Of a stretch of DNA of 64,000 bases, positions 1 to 12,429 are shown piece after piece. Every line of letters starts with the position of its first letter. The first letter of the stretch is position 1. Where the stretch lies: assembly GCF_009834535.1 (NCBI RefSeq), contig NC_045697.1, positions 77,564,001 through 77,628,000 on the forward strand. The letters run 5' to 3'. Both the position numbers and the translations under genes were made by a program. This DNA is from Camelus ferus. Lineage: Eukaryota. The notes beneath the pieces were generated by a model. The model saw nothing but the letters and a program-made list of their open reading frames with translations, did no database searches and was not told the origin of the DNA.

Positions 1-336
1 GCCTGCCTGTCCATCCCACCTTTCCGTGCCTGCCAGTCTGGCAGCTATGGATCAGCCCTGGCCTGAAGCATCCCAGAGAACTTCTCCTCCATCTAATCAC
101 TGGAATCACTCCTTGTCCAATGAAGCCTGCAGCCCAGCCCGGAAGGGAAGCCTCCTTTCCAAGTTTGTTCCCTCCTTGGGTACATTCACTTCAGCCCTAG
201 GGTATTCCTTAGAGTTTTCTTTACCCTTGTGTAAGTTAATCTCTCATTGCTTGGAAATAATTCTCCATGTTAAAACTGTGCCTATTCAAATTACTGTGTG
301 GTTCCTGGATCCTGACAGGACCCTGATCGATTTTCA
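1..336 (+). mobile_element. 3' part of an ancient ERVL-type LTR (LTR33/41-like)
   Basis: End ...aaattactgtgtggttcctggatcctgacaggaccctgatcga resembles recalled ERVL LTR 3' termini. Confidence 0.5.
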
Positions 337-597
337 GATTGCATCATAATTGCGTTATGCCAAAATCCTGATACTGAACTAAGTACAAGAATTCACCTCT
401 GTCTTCTCAAGAATTTTTTTTATTACAGTATTCATACTTGAAGTCAGCTGTGGAGAAAAAAAGATCTTTTAGGATGGGTTGTAATAATATCTGAGCCTGA
501 ATAGTGCATGCTCAGCTGAAAGATTTTTTTTCTTCCTCCCAAGGGTCTTGGCTGATCACGAATGAGTATCAAAAGCAGCAAACAAAAAACAAACCAT

Positions 598-716
598 GGA
601 GTGCAGTGGTAGAGTGCATGCTTAGCATGCACGAAGTCCTGGGTTCAACCCCCAGCACCTCCTCCACGAAGAAATAAACCTAATTATCTCTCTCCACCCC
701 CCAAAGAAAAAAAAAA
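598..716 (+). mobile_element. tRNA-derived camelid-type SINE, 5' degraded
   Basis: cagtggtagagtgcatgcttagcatgcacgaagtcctgggttcaacccccagcacctcc carries A/B boxes, followed by an A-rich tail. Confidence 0.85.
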
Positions 717-919
717 TCACAAGAAAAATGTCAGAAAGAACTTTAGATTCCCCCTAAATTTATCCAGCCTCTTGCTCTCTCTTAGCCTGGAGAAGATATT
801 TTTGTTGTTTACAGAATGTGCCATAATTAATAAGACTGTGAAGTTCTATAGACAAACTTCTGGAGGATCACAGGGAAGCATAAACAGAGGCTCTCTCACG
901 CAGGAAAGAGAAAATAAGA

Positions 920-1135
920 AATAACAGTAATATTAGCTAACGTTTATTACTGTGTACCAAGTACTATGCTAACAGCTTTACAGGGATTAGCTCATTAATT
1001 CCTCACAGTCACTTTATGTGGTAGGTACCATTCTTATACCCTTTGCACAGATGAGGAAACTGAGGCACAGGATAGTCAAATAACTACCCTCGAAGCAGAT
1101 GGCAAAGCTGGGCAGTCTGATTCCAGAGCCTGTTT
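920..1135 (-). mobile_element. MIR SINE
   Basis: Core acagatgaggaaactgaggcacag plus flanking MIR-like sequence. Confidence 0.85.
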
Positions 1136-4100
1136 TCTGAAGTCCTAGACAAGAACTTTTGCTAATCCAACCACTATGTTGCACAGTATTTTAAAATTTC
1201 CAGTGGAATTTAAGCAATGAATCCAATGGCTCAAACACAGTTCTGCCTGTTTTGTAATTATACAATGAAAAAGGACAAGGGCCTTCCCAATGCACACAAA
1301 CATTTACAACCACACACTAAACATACACAGAGGAGAAAGAAGACAGAGATCTAAAATGCTGTAGTTTACATCCACAACTACACACTAACAACTATTCATC
1401 CCTTCAACAAACAGGTAGCCCTCTCCCAGATCCTGGAATTTGCAAGGAGAACAGGCAAACGTAATTCTTCATCCTACAAAGCTTGTAGTCTACTGGAGAC
1501 GATTTTTCAGCAGTCCACAAATCACTAATCGTGTATTTCCTGTGGTGAGACGCCACATAAGGTAGACACGCTCAGAGCCATGAGACTGCAGCATGGGTTC
1601 CCTGACCTCTGTTTCCCAGGCAGAGGAAGTGGGCACATGGGAAGGCTCGGAGTCAGGAATAAACAGAGCAAACCTAAGAAATTATCGTGACTTTCTGCAG
1701 TTTGCCTGTTTAATTCAAAAAGCCAGTTTTCACTGGAAAGGAAAGGACTGGGTTTCAGTATGTTTGCATTTCACTATTTATTTATGTGGCAGGATGCCTG
1801 GGTTGAATTTAAGTGTGTCTTGGAGATGTCTGGACCTGTGGTGGGGCAGGTAATGGGGAGCCTGAAGGAGACCTCGGGGGCTTCTAGAAAAGGAACTCCA
1901 CCTGTGTCCTCTGCAATGATCAGACATATCAGGGCAAGTCTGGGGGGATGTGGTGGCCACAGGGGTCCGTTTACAGTGGGGCTGAGGACCTTCCAGGGAC
2001 AAACTTATCCAAGTAAAAGAAGAAACTAGATCCAGTGAGCTCACCCAGTGGCAAGCTTTGCCTAGGGTTGGGGAGGAAATAAACATTCTGATGCAGGGTG
2101 ATGGTTTCCCTAATCAGTCCCCTGGCCCCTGGATGCAGATCTGATTCCTAAGTAGAGAAGGGAGCCAGTTTTCTCACACAGCACATCTAACCATGGGGAA
2201 ATGAGGCATCTTGCCCCACCACAGAGCAGAGGGTGCCCTGCCTCTCGGAGGGGTGGTGGTTGCCTGCTAAGAGCTGCTGGACTTGGCCAGGCATAGAGAT
2301 TTCAGGGCCCAGTGGAGACATGCAATTGCAGCTGGGTCGGGTGGGGATGGGAGGGAGGTGGGGTGAGAGTGACCACATAACAGAGGTGCTTGATGGAGGC
2401 TGTGAGACTCCCTTTGGCAATTTCCGGAATTGGAGGCAAGGGACTTGGCAGGAAGTCAGAGGTCCTGCATCAGCGGGAGCTACAAACCAGCAAACAATTT
2501 GCCTCTACAGGCTGGAGGGTCCTAGGGAAATTTGAGTTTCGTGTCAATGAACAAAATGATTTGGCGTGGCCACCTAAGTCAGTTTGGAAGCTCAGTAGTT
2601 TTATTTCTGTTGTATTGATTTCATGATTCTAAAACAAAGTTGAAATCAAAACTGCTTCTAATTTGGAAATAAAGTGCTCATTTTGCAAAAATGATCTGGT
2701 ATTTTACAGTAACTCACGTATGGCTGTGAGCTGTGCAGGATGCAGGAATAGCAAACACTGCTTGCCTTCTCCTTGTAGAGATATTGGCTGCCTTGAGAAA
2801 CACTCTCTGGAGTTTTCATAAATAAAACATAGCAGAGAAGCACCCGGGGGCAGTTTTTCCCTCTAGTATGAAAGGAATTAGTGTAGTCGATAGAAAAGGA
2901 AACTGTGTATAAAACCCCACACTGTAGCTCAGGGTTTTAGCTCTGGGGGGGGCCAAAAACATCAAAGATGGCAGAATCCAGTAGTGAGATCGCAGGGGGT
3001 GTGTCAGGAGGGGGCTGTCCCACGTGCTTAACCCTTAGGCTGCAACATTATTTTCCGAGAGTGTATGTATATAATCTTTTCCATATAAATACGTATTCTA
3101 TAATGCATGTATAAATAAGGTGGAATGCCAGTGGTTATAGCCTTCAACTAGTATTTAGATGAAGAACAAAGAAAAGTGGAAGAAAATGTAAAAGGTTACA
3201 GGGTGAAATGGAATAGTGAATTTGATCTGATCTGATCTGATCCAGAGCTTCTCCTTTTGCCCGGAGTCCTTCATGGTGATGCAAGGTTGCAGGTGTCATG
3301 GGCTGGGCGATTCTGTAGGGGTGTGTGTGTCAAGTTTGGTCGGGTTGAGGGGGTTACTCAGTGCAGCCCCTCCCCTCGCCCGACTGTGGAAATCCCTGTG
3401 GTCACCTTGCTTCTCAGTGGCCCTCCCTATTTAGTTTCAGGGCAGGTATTTGTCAGTAACTGAGAGCCTGCCCCAAACCTGCCAGGGCTGGAGATTAATC
3501 AGCTACAGACCAACCAGTGGGGAGCTCTCTGAATTACTTTAACAGTCCTGACCATTGATGTAGGGTGCTCACTGTGGCTCCAATTAATTTTATTCATTTT
3601 GAAGAAAAACAAAAACAGCCAAAAGTAGTTATGTTGCTGAAATAGTGTTATTTAGATGTCATTCTTATTTTTTCATTCCTAGGAAGCCCACTGCGGCCTA
3701 TTTCTTGGTCCTGAAGTTACATCTGCATAGCATTTTTGTTATCTTGACAGTGATATAAAATGCTTGTATGTTTTAATGCATGCTGTGTTCGTTTCTGAAG
3801 CGTGCGTTGTTTGAGACTGTTTCTTGGCCTGTCTGCCCCGTGAGGACAGCTCTGGTGAGCCCTCGGGTCTGGACAACACGTACATTTCGAAGTGTTAGAC
3901 CCGTGAAACACCATTGGAGGGCTAGACACGTGTGGGGTTTTGATCAGCAGTATCTGGGGCTGTATCATTCTCGGGGTCTGCTCAAGAACTGGGGAGTTTC
4001 GGTGACTCACCTACAGTCCGTGAGCACTTGGTGTCAAGTGTGGAGTGGACTTTCTGCAATTTTTAAGGAACGCCCCTTTAGAACTGCCCAGAACAAGAGG

Positions 4101-4147
4101 GAAAGGAAACTGGAAACATAGTCTGGTTTTAAATCAAAAGTTACGAG

Positions 4148-4153
4148 TTTATT
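4148..4153 (-). terminator. Candidate distal poly(A) signal AATAAA
   Basis: tttatt on +. On - it is followed ~25-55 nt later by ctatgtttccagtttcctttccctcttgttct (downstream-element-like). Confidence 0.6.
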
Positions 4154-7100
4154 TTTAATTTTACTACACCAGAAAAAAATATTTCTTTTAATGTCGTGAA
4201 GTAGCACTTGAAAGTAACAATTCTGACACTGCTGTGATTTGCTCTGCGAGGCTCATCTGGGCGGGCTTCTCTCTGAACACAGGCGCCCCGGCCCTAAGAG
4301 GCCGAATCTTCCAGTGGCTAACAAGTTGGCCTTGCCTGAACACGCCCTGACAGGCAGGCCTGTCTGAATCTGACAGGCTGGGGCTGCACTCTGAGGCTCT
4401 TGCTGGTATGTTCTAGACTTCTGTCCACTGGGAGGAAAATGTCACAAGGGCCGCCAAGCAATGGGAAAATAAGTGTTTAAATAACCAACGTGAGCCAGGA
4501 CCTCTCGATCCTGCCTAAGTGTGATACAAATGTTGCTTGACCCTGATTTACAGGACCAGTTTCTTTAACTAGTTGCTTTAGGAGACATTTACTACAATGT
4601 AGGTTCGGGTTTGAATTTCCAGTGATGTATGTCTAAGAGTTGCCTACCCAGCATAAAATTACAATGCTATTAAGACCCCCCCAAACCTCCTCCCAAGGGG
4701 TGTGCTCCCGCTGTCTCTCTTTAGGGCTAGAACATCTTGTTTCCCTTTTTTAGAAAAATGTAATTCAGGAGGAAGGGAAACCTGGAGATTATTTTCCCCT
4801 CTTCTGTGAGCCCTGAATTTTCAGTTTGAGAATGAAGCTCGTAACTTTGGTGATTCAACAGGCTTGTGACTATTCTTTGATGCTCTGCACGGTGTCCCTA
4901 ACTGGTCTCTCCCCTTCTGGGTTCTGCCTTGTGGCTTGAGGATGTTTATAGTTGGCAGGTCACAGCTGGCCATTGCACTGACACTTGCTTTGCTTAAGTC
5001 TTGGGTACCAGCATAGAGGCGGTCGGTTCACTGAAGATTGGGACCTAACGTGTCATATTGATGGTTGGCACAAAATTTGAGTATCATTGCTTTACTAGCT
5101 CTCACTCTAATGTGTACACACTACAGGCCAAACCCTGTGATGCATTCTTAGCAAAATGTCTTCTTGATGGCAATGGGTCTGAGGCACAAAGAATCAAGTC
5201 TTGTATGTAAATAGAAAAGGGACAGAACTTAAAGAAGCTACAAGAGACAATGACTCACAGCATGAAAACAGGCTCTCCTACCGATCCCGAATTGATAGCA
5301 AAATATTTATTATTGAAAACAAAGATTGGCGAACTGGATTTTCATCATAAAACTCTCACACAACTGTACTTCTCAGGATGGAAACTTTTTCAGGGAAAGA
5401 AGCATCTAAAAGAGACAGACGTGGACCATGCACAGACAACTCAAGGACTGAACGCTGGGAGGTCTGTTTGACTTTCCCAATTTTCCCAACAGCCCTCTTG
5501 AGTCAGCACACAGCCAACCCAATACCTGGGTTCAAGAGTCAGTAATTAACCAGCCTGGGAAGAGGCCCTCAGAATGTGCTGAGGCTGACTTAGTGTGGGA
5601 CGCATAGCGTTCTCTGAGAGGCTGTTCTATCACAATGAGGAAGAGCGAGCAACCTGGGCGCGTCTCTCCCACATAACCCAGCAGCCTGGGAAGCAGGCCA
5701 GATTTCTGGAACATTCTACTCCAGTGTAGATGACGTCAGGTGCTTTGTTATTTTTATGTGACAGGTTTTATCTTTATTGTAAAGATACTACATCTGACCT
5801 TAAAAAAAAAATTCTGTGGGTCTCTTTCTTAGAAGTAAGGTTCTTCCATTCGGGTCTACAAAAACCCCACTCAGGTGAGGTTTCTGACTCAGTCAGAGCT
5901 ACATTAATACCGAGGGGAAGGGAAAGGGCATAAGTCTGTCTTTCTACTTCAGCGTATTATTCAGATGTATTATTATCTCTGCCCCTTGTTTTTGTAGTGG
6001 AGTGTGATGAGAAGGATGAGCATTACCTGGAATGATCGTCTCAAGCCGTGATGCTTACTGGGTACTTTGGGCCTGACAACGAATACGAATATAGTAGTGG
6101 CTTTTCTCACGAGCAAAACTAGAATGTCCAGATAAAAGCTCCTGCCCTATAAATAGAGCATCTCTCACTAGAATGATTTCCATGGCAAACTTGTGGACTT
6201 GGGTTGATACTTGGGCCCAGTATATCAAATTACATGTATTTATGTATGAAATGAAGATTCGGTTAAAAAAAATTTTTTTTAAATCCAGGAATGTTTTTAC
6301 CATCCTGGTATTGGAATGTAGTGGAATATTTTCAATAGAAAGATAATCTGTTGTAGCATAGTGGGGCAGCTATAAAAACTTGCCTGCCCAGGTTTTTCTG
6401 GAATATTACTGATAGCAGGATTATCTGTGTGGCAGTCAGTTCTCTGATAGGATTCAGATTTGCCAGGGGCTGGTGGTCCAGCCTTGTATCTTGATACAAT
6501 TAAGCAGCTAAGCTGAGATATGAAGAACACCGTACTGAGCCTGTAACACCAGAATTTCAGGTTTTTTTTAAAGGTGTGTTTTCCCCCCCTCCCATGACAC
6601 ACATCAGAAATGCCTTTAGATATAATCAGCTAATTTAAAAACTATTTATTAGACATTCAGCCTGTAAACAAAGATTCTAAATTATCTCATAAGTGAACAC
6701 AAGTACAAACCTGTATCAAGACGAAAGTGCTTTGGAAGCATCACGTAGCGTCTGCTAAGGTCTGTGTGCATTTCCTTATTCTAACCTGCATTAAAGGATC
6801 ACCGATAAACCAATGGACTAAATAATTAAATCAACCAGATAAGCTCTAACTGGTCTTTCAAGTTAAACTCAAGTCAGCTGTTATTTGGCCTTTTCCGCAT
6901 TTTACTTATTTTGCTCATTTTCTGTCATAAGAAAAAAAGCTTATTGCACAATATCATGTCTTTTCAAAGCTCAAAATAACATCATTTGCATTCTAAGGAT
7001 CTATTAGTTGTTATAGCGGGACCTTTCTTTCCAGCGCATGTCAGTTTTTGCCCTAATGATACATTCCTCCATCAATGGTTCCCATCTGTGAACCAACGTC

Positions 7101-7260
7101 AAGACATCGGACTGTTCACACCGATCTAGCACAGATGTAACAGCTCCTCCCACCCCTGCTGCGTACCTTCCCCCCCGCCCCACCCATCTATTAGTCACGA
7201 CTTGGTTTGCATGGATTCTTTGTTCATTGTTCAGACCATTCACACCGAATGGAATAAAAC

Positions 7261-7266
7261 TTTATT
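7261..7266 (-). terminator. Candidate proximal poly(A) signal AATAAA
   Basis: tttatt on +, about 1.96 kb after the stop codon. Confidence 0.45.
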
Positions 7267-9222
7267 CTTTTAAATTCCACACATAAACGAGATGCTGAGA
7301 AAGCCCTTGTCATCTCTGACAGAAGCAGAGCAGCTCTGTTTCATGAATGACAGCACAATTAAAGCTAAAATAATATAAAAATAATTTGAAAAAAATCCCT
7401 TTTCTGTACACTCTCAAGTAAAGCAAGAAAGATAAACAACAGCTTCTTTTTCTGCTAGCCAGAAAATGTTTCTATTCATTTGGGCTTTGAAGTTCAGTGT
7501 GCCCCACATGGGTGTGCATATGTGTGGTTCTGTGTATATAATCTATGCAGGGTAGCCCCTAACCTTTTCATCTAGTGTCTAATCATTAAGCTACTTAACC
7601 AATTAGAATACTATTATATCACATTGAACAATTTTACATAATTGCATCTTTGAAATACTAGGAACGTTTTACACATTTATTTGGCTTGTAAAGGACTGAA
7701 ATATTACAGATATTATCTAGCTTTTTTTTTTTTTTAAGAATATGGCTCTTAATAAATTGATTTTCTGAGTTCCAGAGCTAAAGTCCCTTTTAAAAAATTT
7801 CTGAAGCTGACTTGAAGCCGGAAGAATGTCTTCTGATTTGGCCAAAAATACGAGTATTTTGTATCATTGAAAATTTGAAGCATAAGTCTATAAGGGGCCC
7901 TTTGTTGTCAACTGTTCCAGCCAAACTTGCCATGAAGTGTGTTTGTCAAAGTATCTCTACTTGGCCAGCAGAGGGCACTTTAAACACCTCTGCACTGCTC
8001 TGGGAGCAAATGCAGATGATGCCGAAACACAGTGTTCGCCCAGGATCAGGAAGAGCCCTGCAGAATTCTTTGAAATTCACAAAAATATATAAAATATGGA
8101 CTATACCACAGGGTTCCATTTGGAAAGTAATGAGTACACGTGAAGTCAAATAGGGAGGGCTGGACCGACTTAGTGTCTGCCTACTACACGGCCCTGAAGC
8201 TCTTCTGCACTGCACTGCACTGCACTGCCCACTTACCTTCCCACTGTTTTTTTTCCCCCTTCCCAGCTCAAGGATGGTCCTGGGCTGCACCTTTTTACAG
8301 GTAGTACAGAGTCCACTTTTCAAAATCATTCAGCTGAGTTTTCTCTTTCCTATTCTGCATTTACTCTTCTGTTTAAAAAGCCCAAGGCGATGGAACCAAG
8401 GCTAATGCATCCTGTCTTATTTAAGAGTCGAAATTAGAGTTAAACTGTCAGAAATGCTCTGAGGTGGAGCTGCCCTTTCAGGAGTGGGGCTGCATGGTTT
8501 CCTTCTTCCCAGGAAGGACCTGGGAAAAACAGCGTGCCCGCTTGGTTTTGGCAAACTCGCTAGCCTGAGGCTGTGCTCTGAAGGGAAACAAGTCTTTCTC
8601 TCAGTGGACATCGAATTGTTCACATCCATTTTCTCAGGAGGTGATTAAGACATCTTTTCTCACGGGGGCTACAATTCCTAACCTTTCTTAAAAACGCTTT
8701 AAATTCTGCAAAAGCATTACTGTTCTAGATCTACACCCTGTGTCGCTTCCATTTTGATCTCTTCTACTGACTCCATTTTAGTGTCAAAAAAGATTTAGAA
8801 AGGATTGTGTGTGTGTGTGCTCACACGGTTTTTAAAGTAAACGCCTTTGATCCTTAGAGAAATATAACACTTAGTAAATACTTCTTCTTTTCATAGTGTT
8901 AAGAGCTTTTGTCTGTCTTCTGTTTCTCTCTGCCTCTCGCCCACTTTCTTTCTCACTTGTCCTAGAGTTGACAGATAAAGAGGGAATGCGGGTCTTCCAG
9001 CAGCAGTCCTTTGAGATGGAGGTGACTCAGTGAGTCCTCACCCGAAAAGGATCATAAACTTACTGGGCAAAGTCAACCTAATTATCCCTAAGCTGCCTTG
9101 GGTTTTGTGTTTGCTCATATGTCTTGTTTTAGCTGCACCATATGTGATTCCTTGTGCCATTTTCTTTTGTCTGTTATTTTTCTTGATGACCCTGAGCTGT
9201 GGCTTCCTCCTCAGTTCCAACA

Positions 9223-9647
9223 CTAGTCAGCCTTCGTTGCTTTCCTCATCTTGCCGATGTAGGCCTCAAAGAAGAAGTGGCAGAAGAGCACAAGGTAGCT
9301 GAGGTACATGAGTGAGGACCAGAAGACGTTCTGAAAGTGAGAGTGACACTGGTCCGGCTGCATCCAGTGAAAGACCAGGTAGTTAACGACACAGCCCATC
9401 AGCATCTGAGTGATCTGGGACAAGGTGATGAACATGGCAAACTTCCGGGAGACCCGGAAACCCGCTGCTCGCAAGGCATAGTAGGAGTACATCACGGAGT
9501 GCACGCCGTAGTTCATCGTCATGAACCAGCCGCCCCCGGCAACCATGTCCTTGTAGGAGTACCAGGAGTACAGGAGCACAGTGATGTGGTGGTACCAGTG
9601 CAGGAAGATCAGCTTCTGCTTCCTCAGAATGATGAATATTGTATCTC
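9223..9647 (-). CDS. ELOVL6: ELOVL6 last coding exon (425 nt including TAG stop)
   Basis: (G)[25 protein letters not shown]...[14 protein letters not shown]. HxxHH box HWYHH at 9586-9600, NxxxHxxMYxYY motif, C-terminal Lys at -3 (ER retrieval-like). Acceptor ctttcag|GA. 132+152+425=709 nt, leaving 89 nt in the missing exon 1 for a 265-aa protein. Confidence 0.98.
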
Positions 9648-9784
9648 CTGAAAGACGAAGGAGGGAAAGAACGTCCGTGAGCCTCTCGACCAGAACATCA
9701 CCATCATCATTCATATATTTCTGCAAGAAGGTGGATTTCTTGAACTAGTACTTGAGAGTGAGAGGGACCAGGTTAGGAGCCTTG

Positions 9785-9932
9785 ACTGTGACCCTGGGTG
9801 AGTTACTAATCCTATTTCCAGTTTCCTCATCTGTAACGTGGGGACAAGGAGAGAAGCGTGGCATTGTCTGGGGGTTAAACAGGATACTCAGCATGCCCTC
9901 CTGGCACGTGGTGCGCACTCAGTAAATGCTAC
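9785..9932 (+). mobile_element. MIR SINE
   Basis: tgtgaccctgggtgagttac...cagtttcctcatctgtaa...cctggcacgtggtgcgcactcagtaaatg. Confidence 0.75.
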
Positions 9933-12429
9933 TTTCAGAAAACTGTTTTGCACTCAAATCATATATTTAAGTTGGAAGGGATATTAGTAATTATGTGGCC
10001 CATTTCCACCTGAACCGTGCATTTTAGGAAATATCACTTGGAAGAGGCAAGTGTCTTGTCTCAGATCATTCAGCAATCAAGAGAAACGAACAGGAATCCA
10101 AGTGTACAGTGCAATGCTCATAGGCCTCTCTGGAGGAGTAAAACCATTTTTCTTTGGTATATGACAAAGGTACCCCCTAAAAAACATCTTTGTAAGCTCC
10201 CTGTAAAGTGTGAAGCCTTGACATATGGCCGTGAGAAAAGTAAAACTTAAAAGGCAAAGGCAGAAAAACAACAAAAAGTTACCTCCCATCATAGTTCCTG
10301 AAGACGGTAGTAGGAATATTTGAGGCCTCTGAATCAAGTGATAAAAAAATGGAGAATGACACATGCTTTTATGCAATTAACTTTGAAAAAGTTTTCCAGG
10401 ATCTGTCAAAAAGTTTACCAACATTATCCCCTTGAAGAAAAAGACCACTGTTTCTAAGGCAGAGAATTTCTTTTAGTAGCAAGAATTGTGCTCATGTAAG
10501 ATGCTGGGTCCTGGAAGGAACTTCAAGGTTCTGATGGATGTGGTTGGACTAGACAGGTGGTACCCTATTCCATTCAGCAGGAGCTACTCGTTTATTTCCC
10601 TACTGAATTGTTAAACATGATTACTTCTTATTTGCTTAGAGCAGAAAAGGAAAGTTGCCACTTGCTCCATTTCTGAACCTATTACAAAATTTTCCTTCAA
10701 GTCCTTTTCTCTTTTGTGAGATGCCGACATGTTAAGCCTGTAACGGTCAGACAGACTGATGATGGATGGTGATGGTAACGCTCACGTGTGTACTTAGGGA
10801 CACGACTGGTGTCAGGGGCCCCGGGGTCTACTTATTAGGGTTAAACTGTGCTCTTTTTGTGGGCCTGTCAAAGATCCACTATTTCTGTGTAATTACTACT
10901 CTGTGGCTCCCTTCCCTCTGGACTACAACGTAGACACAGTTAATTCTAGGCTTCCTTTGTTCACAGTGGAATGAAGGTAGACCAAGGAATTGCACGTGAA
11001 AAACAAACTTAGTCATTTATAATCGAGATTTTCTTTATGAGTCTCTAAGTATTAACTAAAATATAAGTCCTGCACAACATTCAAACATATTGTAATAAGT
11101 TATGGGCCATCAAGTAATGAGCATTTCATCCTTTCAAATTCTTTCAATTAAATTTGAACTCTATCATCACTTTTATATTATAACTTTATTGTCTAGAGAA
11201 CGATTTCAGGGTAGGAAGAGAGAGTGCGGACAAAACATGGACTGTATTCAAACTGGTGGGCTAACACTGAGTGGAAAGAGGAAGCTATAAATCTGGAATT
11301 GAACATTGCTTTGTGTGTTTCCTGTCAGAGTGGAGGCCTGATCTGAGACACACTAGGTGTTTCCATGTACCTTGGGGAGGAGGGGTTGAAGGACATGTCA
11401 TGAGATCTTCAAAACAGAATTAATTTGAAAACACTTAAGAACTGTTCTGAGGATGGTAGATGGCGAGGTAAAGATGAGGGCTGTCCAGTAAGGGCCCTGA
11501 GCCTCTTGGAAGTACCACCCCAACGCCATATCGAGGTTATTATCCCCAGAGAGGCCACCGACCCAGAGAATGCGTGCTTCCCCTGGGCTGAGATGTAACA
11601 GTCACAGGATTCCAGCAGTTATGAATTATTTTTCCTCTGGGGAAACCACATAATAACCCACTTAATTTGTTATGAGCCAGTCATGCCACGACGTGGCATT
11701 TCCCGGCTAGAGTGACCTAAAATGCAAACTAAAGATAGATAGGGACTGTGAATGTGATGTTGGCCAACCAGCCTTTCTTGGCCAAAGGTCCTACTGGCAT
11801 CATGGAAAGCATTTTGGCTACGTAGAAGCAGGGGGACCTGGGACTCTGGAACGTTTCCACCGTGTCACGTCTCTCGGCTCCCCCGGGGCTTGTGTTCTGT
11901 ACCTTGGTCTCTCTAACCTTTGATTCAGCTATTTTCAGTCGAGAGCCAGCCTGGCCCCGGTGATCTCCTACTTAAGTGTCCCCCCTGAGCTGTATCTTCT
12001 ACCTGTGTGCTGTTAAGAGCAGCTCTCCATGCAGCTCTGGAGAAGTCAGTGAGCATCCAGAAGACCCAGGGTGCGCCCGGCCGCCGAGCACCGAGTGCCC
12101 ACTGTGGCCAGTTTGTCACAGATGGCCACGCCCCCTCCGCAGAGTTAGCTGGAGCGCTGCTGAGTCAGAGTTTCAAAAACAATGACAAGCTCAACTGAGC
12201 AAGGACCCAGACTCAGAGTAGATGCTTCCAAGTTTTAACAAAACAGAAATCTCAGCAGCTTTTCATATAATTCAAACGGTAGTCGCTCAACAATTTCTGG
12301 CACACCAAGCAGGCTGGTCGCTCTCTTCCCCTCAGCTTGCTCTAGCAGATTGCGGCCCTGTCATTCACCGAAATGAGCTCACTTGTTCTCTGCTGAAGCA
12401 GAGAGCCCTTCTTGCTGGTGTGAGTTGAA

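Larger units (their letters stand above)
4125..9222 (-). other. ELOVL6: ELOVL6 long 3' UTR (distal end approximate)
   Basis: Repeat-poor sequence after the stop, ending at an AATAAA with a downstream U/GU-rich tract. Consistent with the multi-kb mammalian ELOVL6 3' UTR as recalled. Confidence 0.65.

Noticed and set aside
598..670. Possible tRNA gene (also 32364-32456)
   Set aside because: tRNA-derived SINE head with an A-rich tail; no intact cloverleaf evident.
3000..3530. Possible old LTR with a (GATCT)4 repeat
   Set aside because: No termini, TSD or family could be recognised with confidence.
9337..9651. 104-aa plus-strand ORF antisense to exon 4
   Set aside because: Shadow frame of a GC-rich coding exon; no independent support.
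9648..9726. N-terminal extension [16 protein letters not shown]... of the 167-aa ORF
   Set aside because: Intronic read-through upstream of the ctttcag acceptor; the real protein joins from exon 3.
9905..9921. ChoRE-like CACGTG-n5-CACTCA
   Set aside because: Second half-site does not fit, and the motif lies in a MIR tail.
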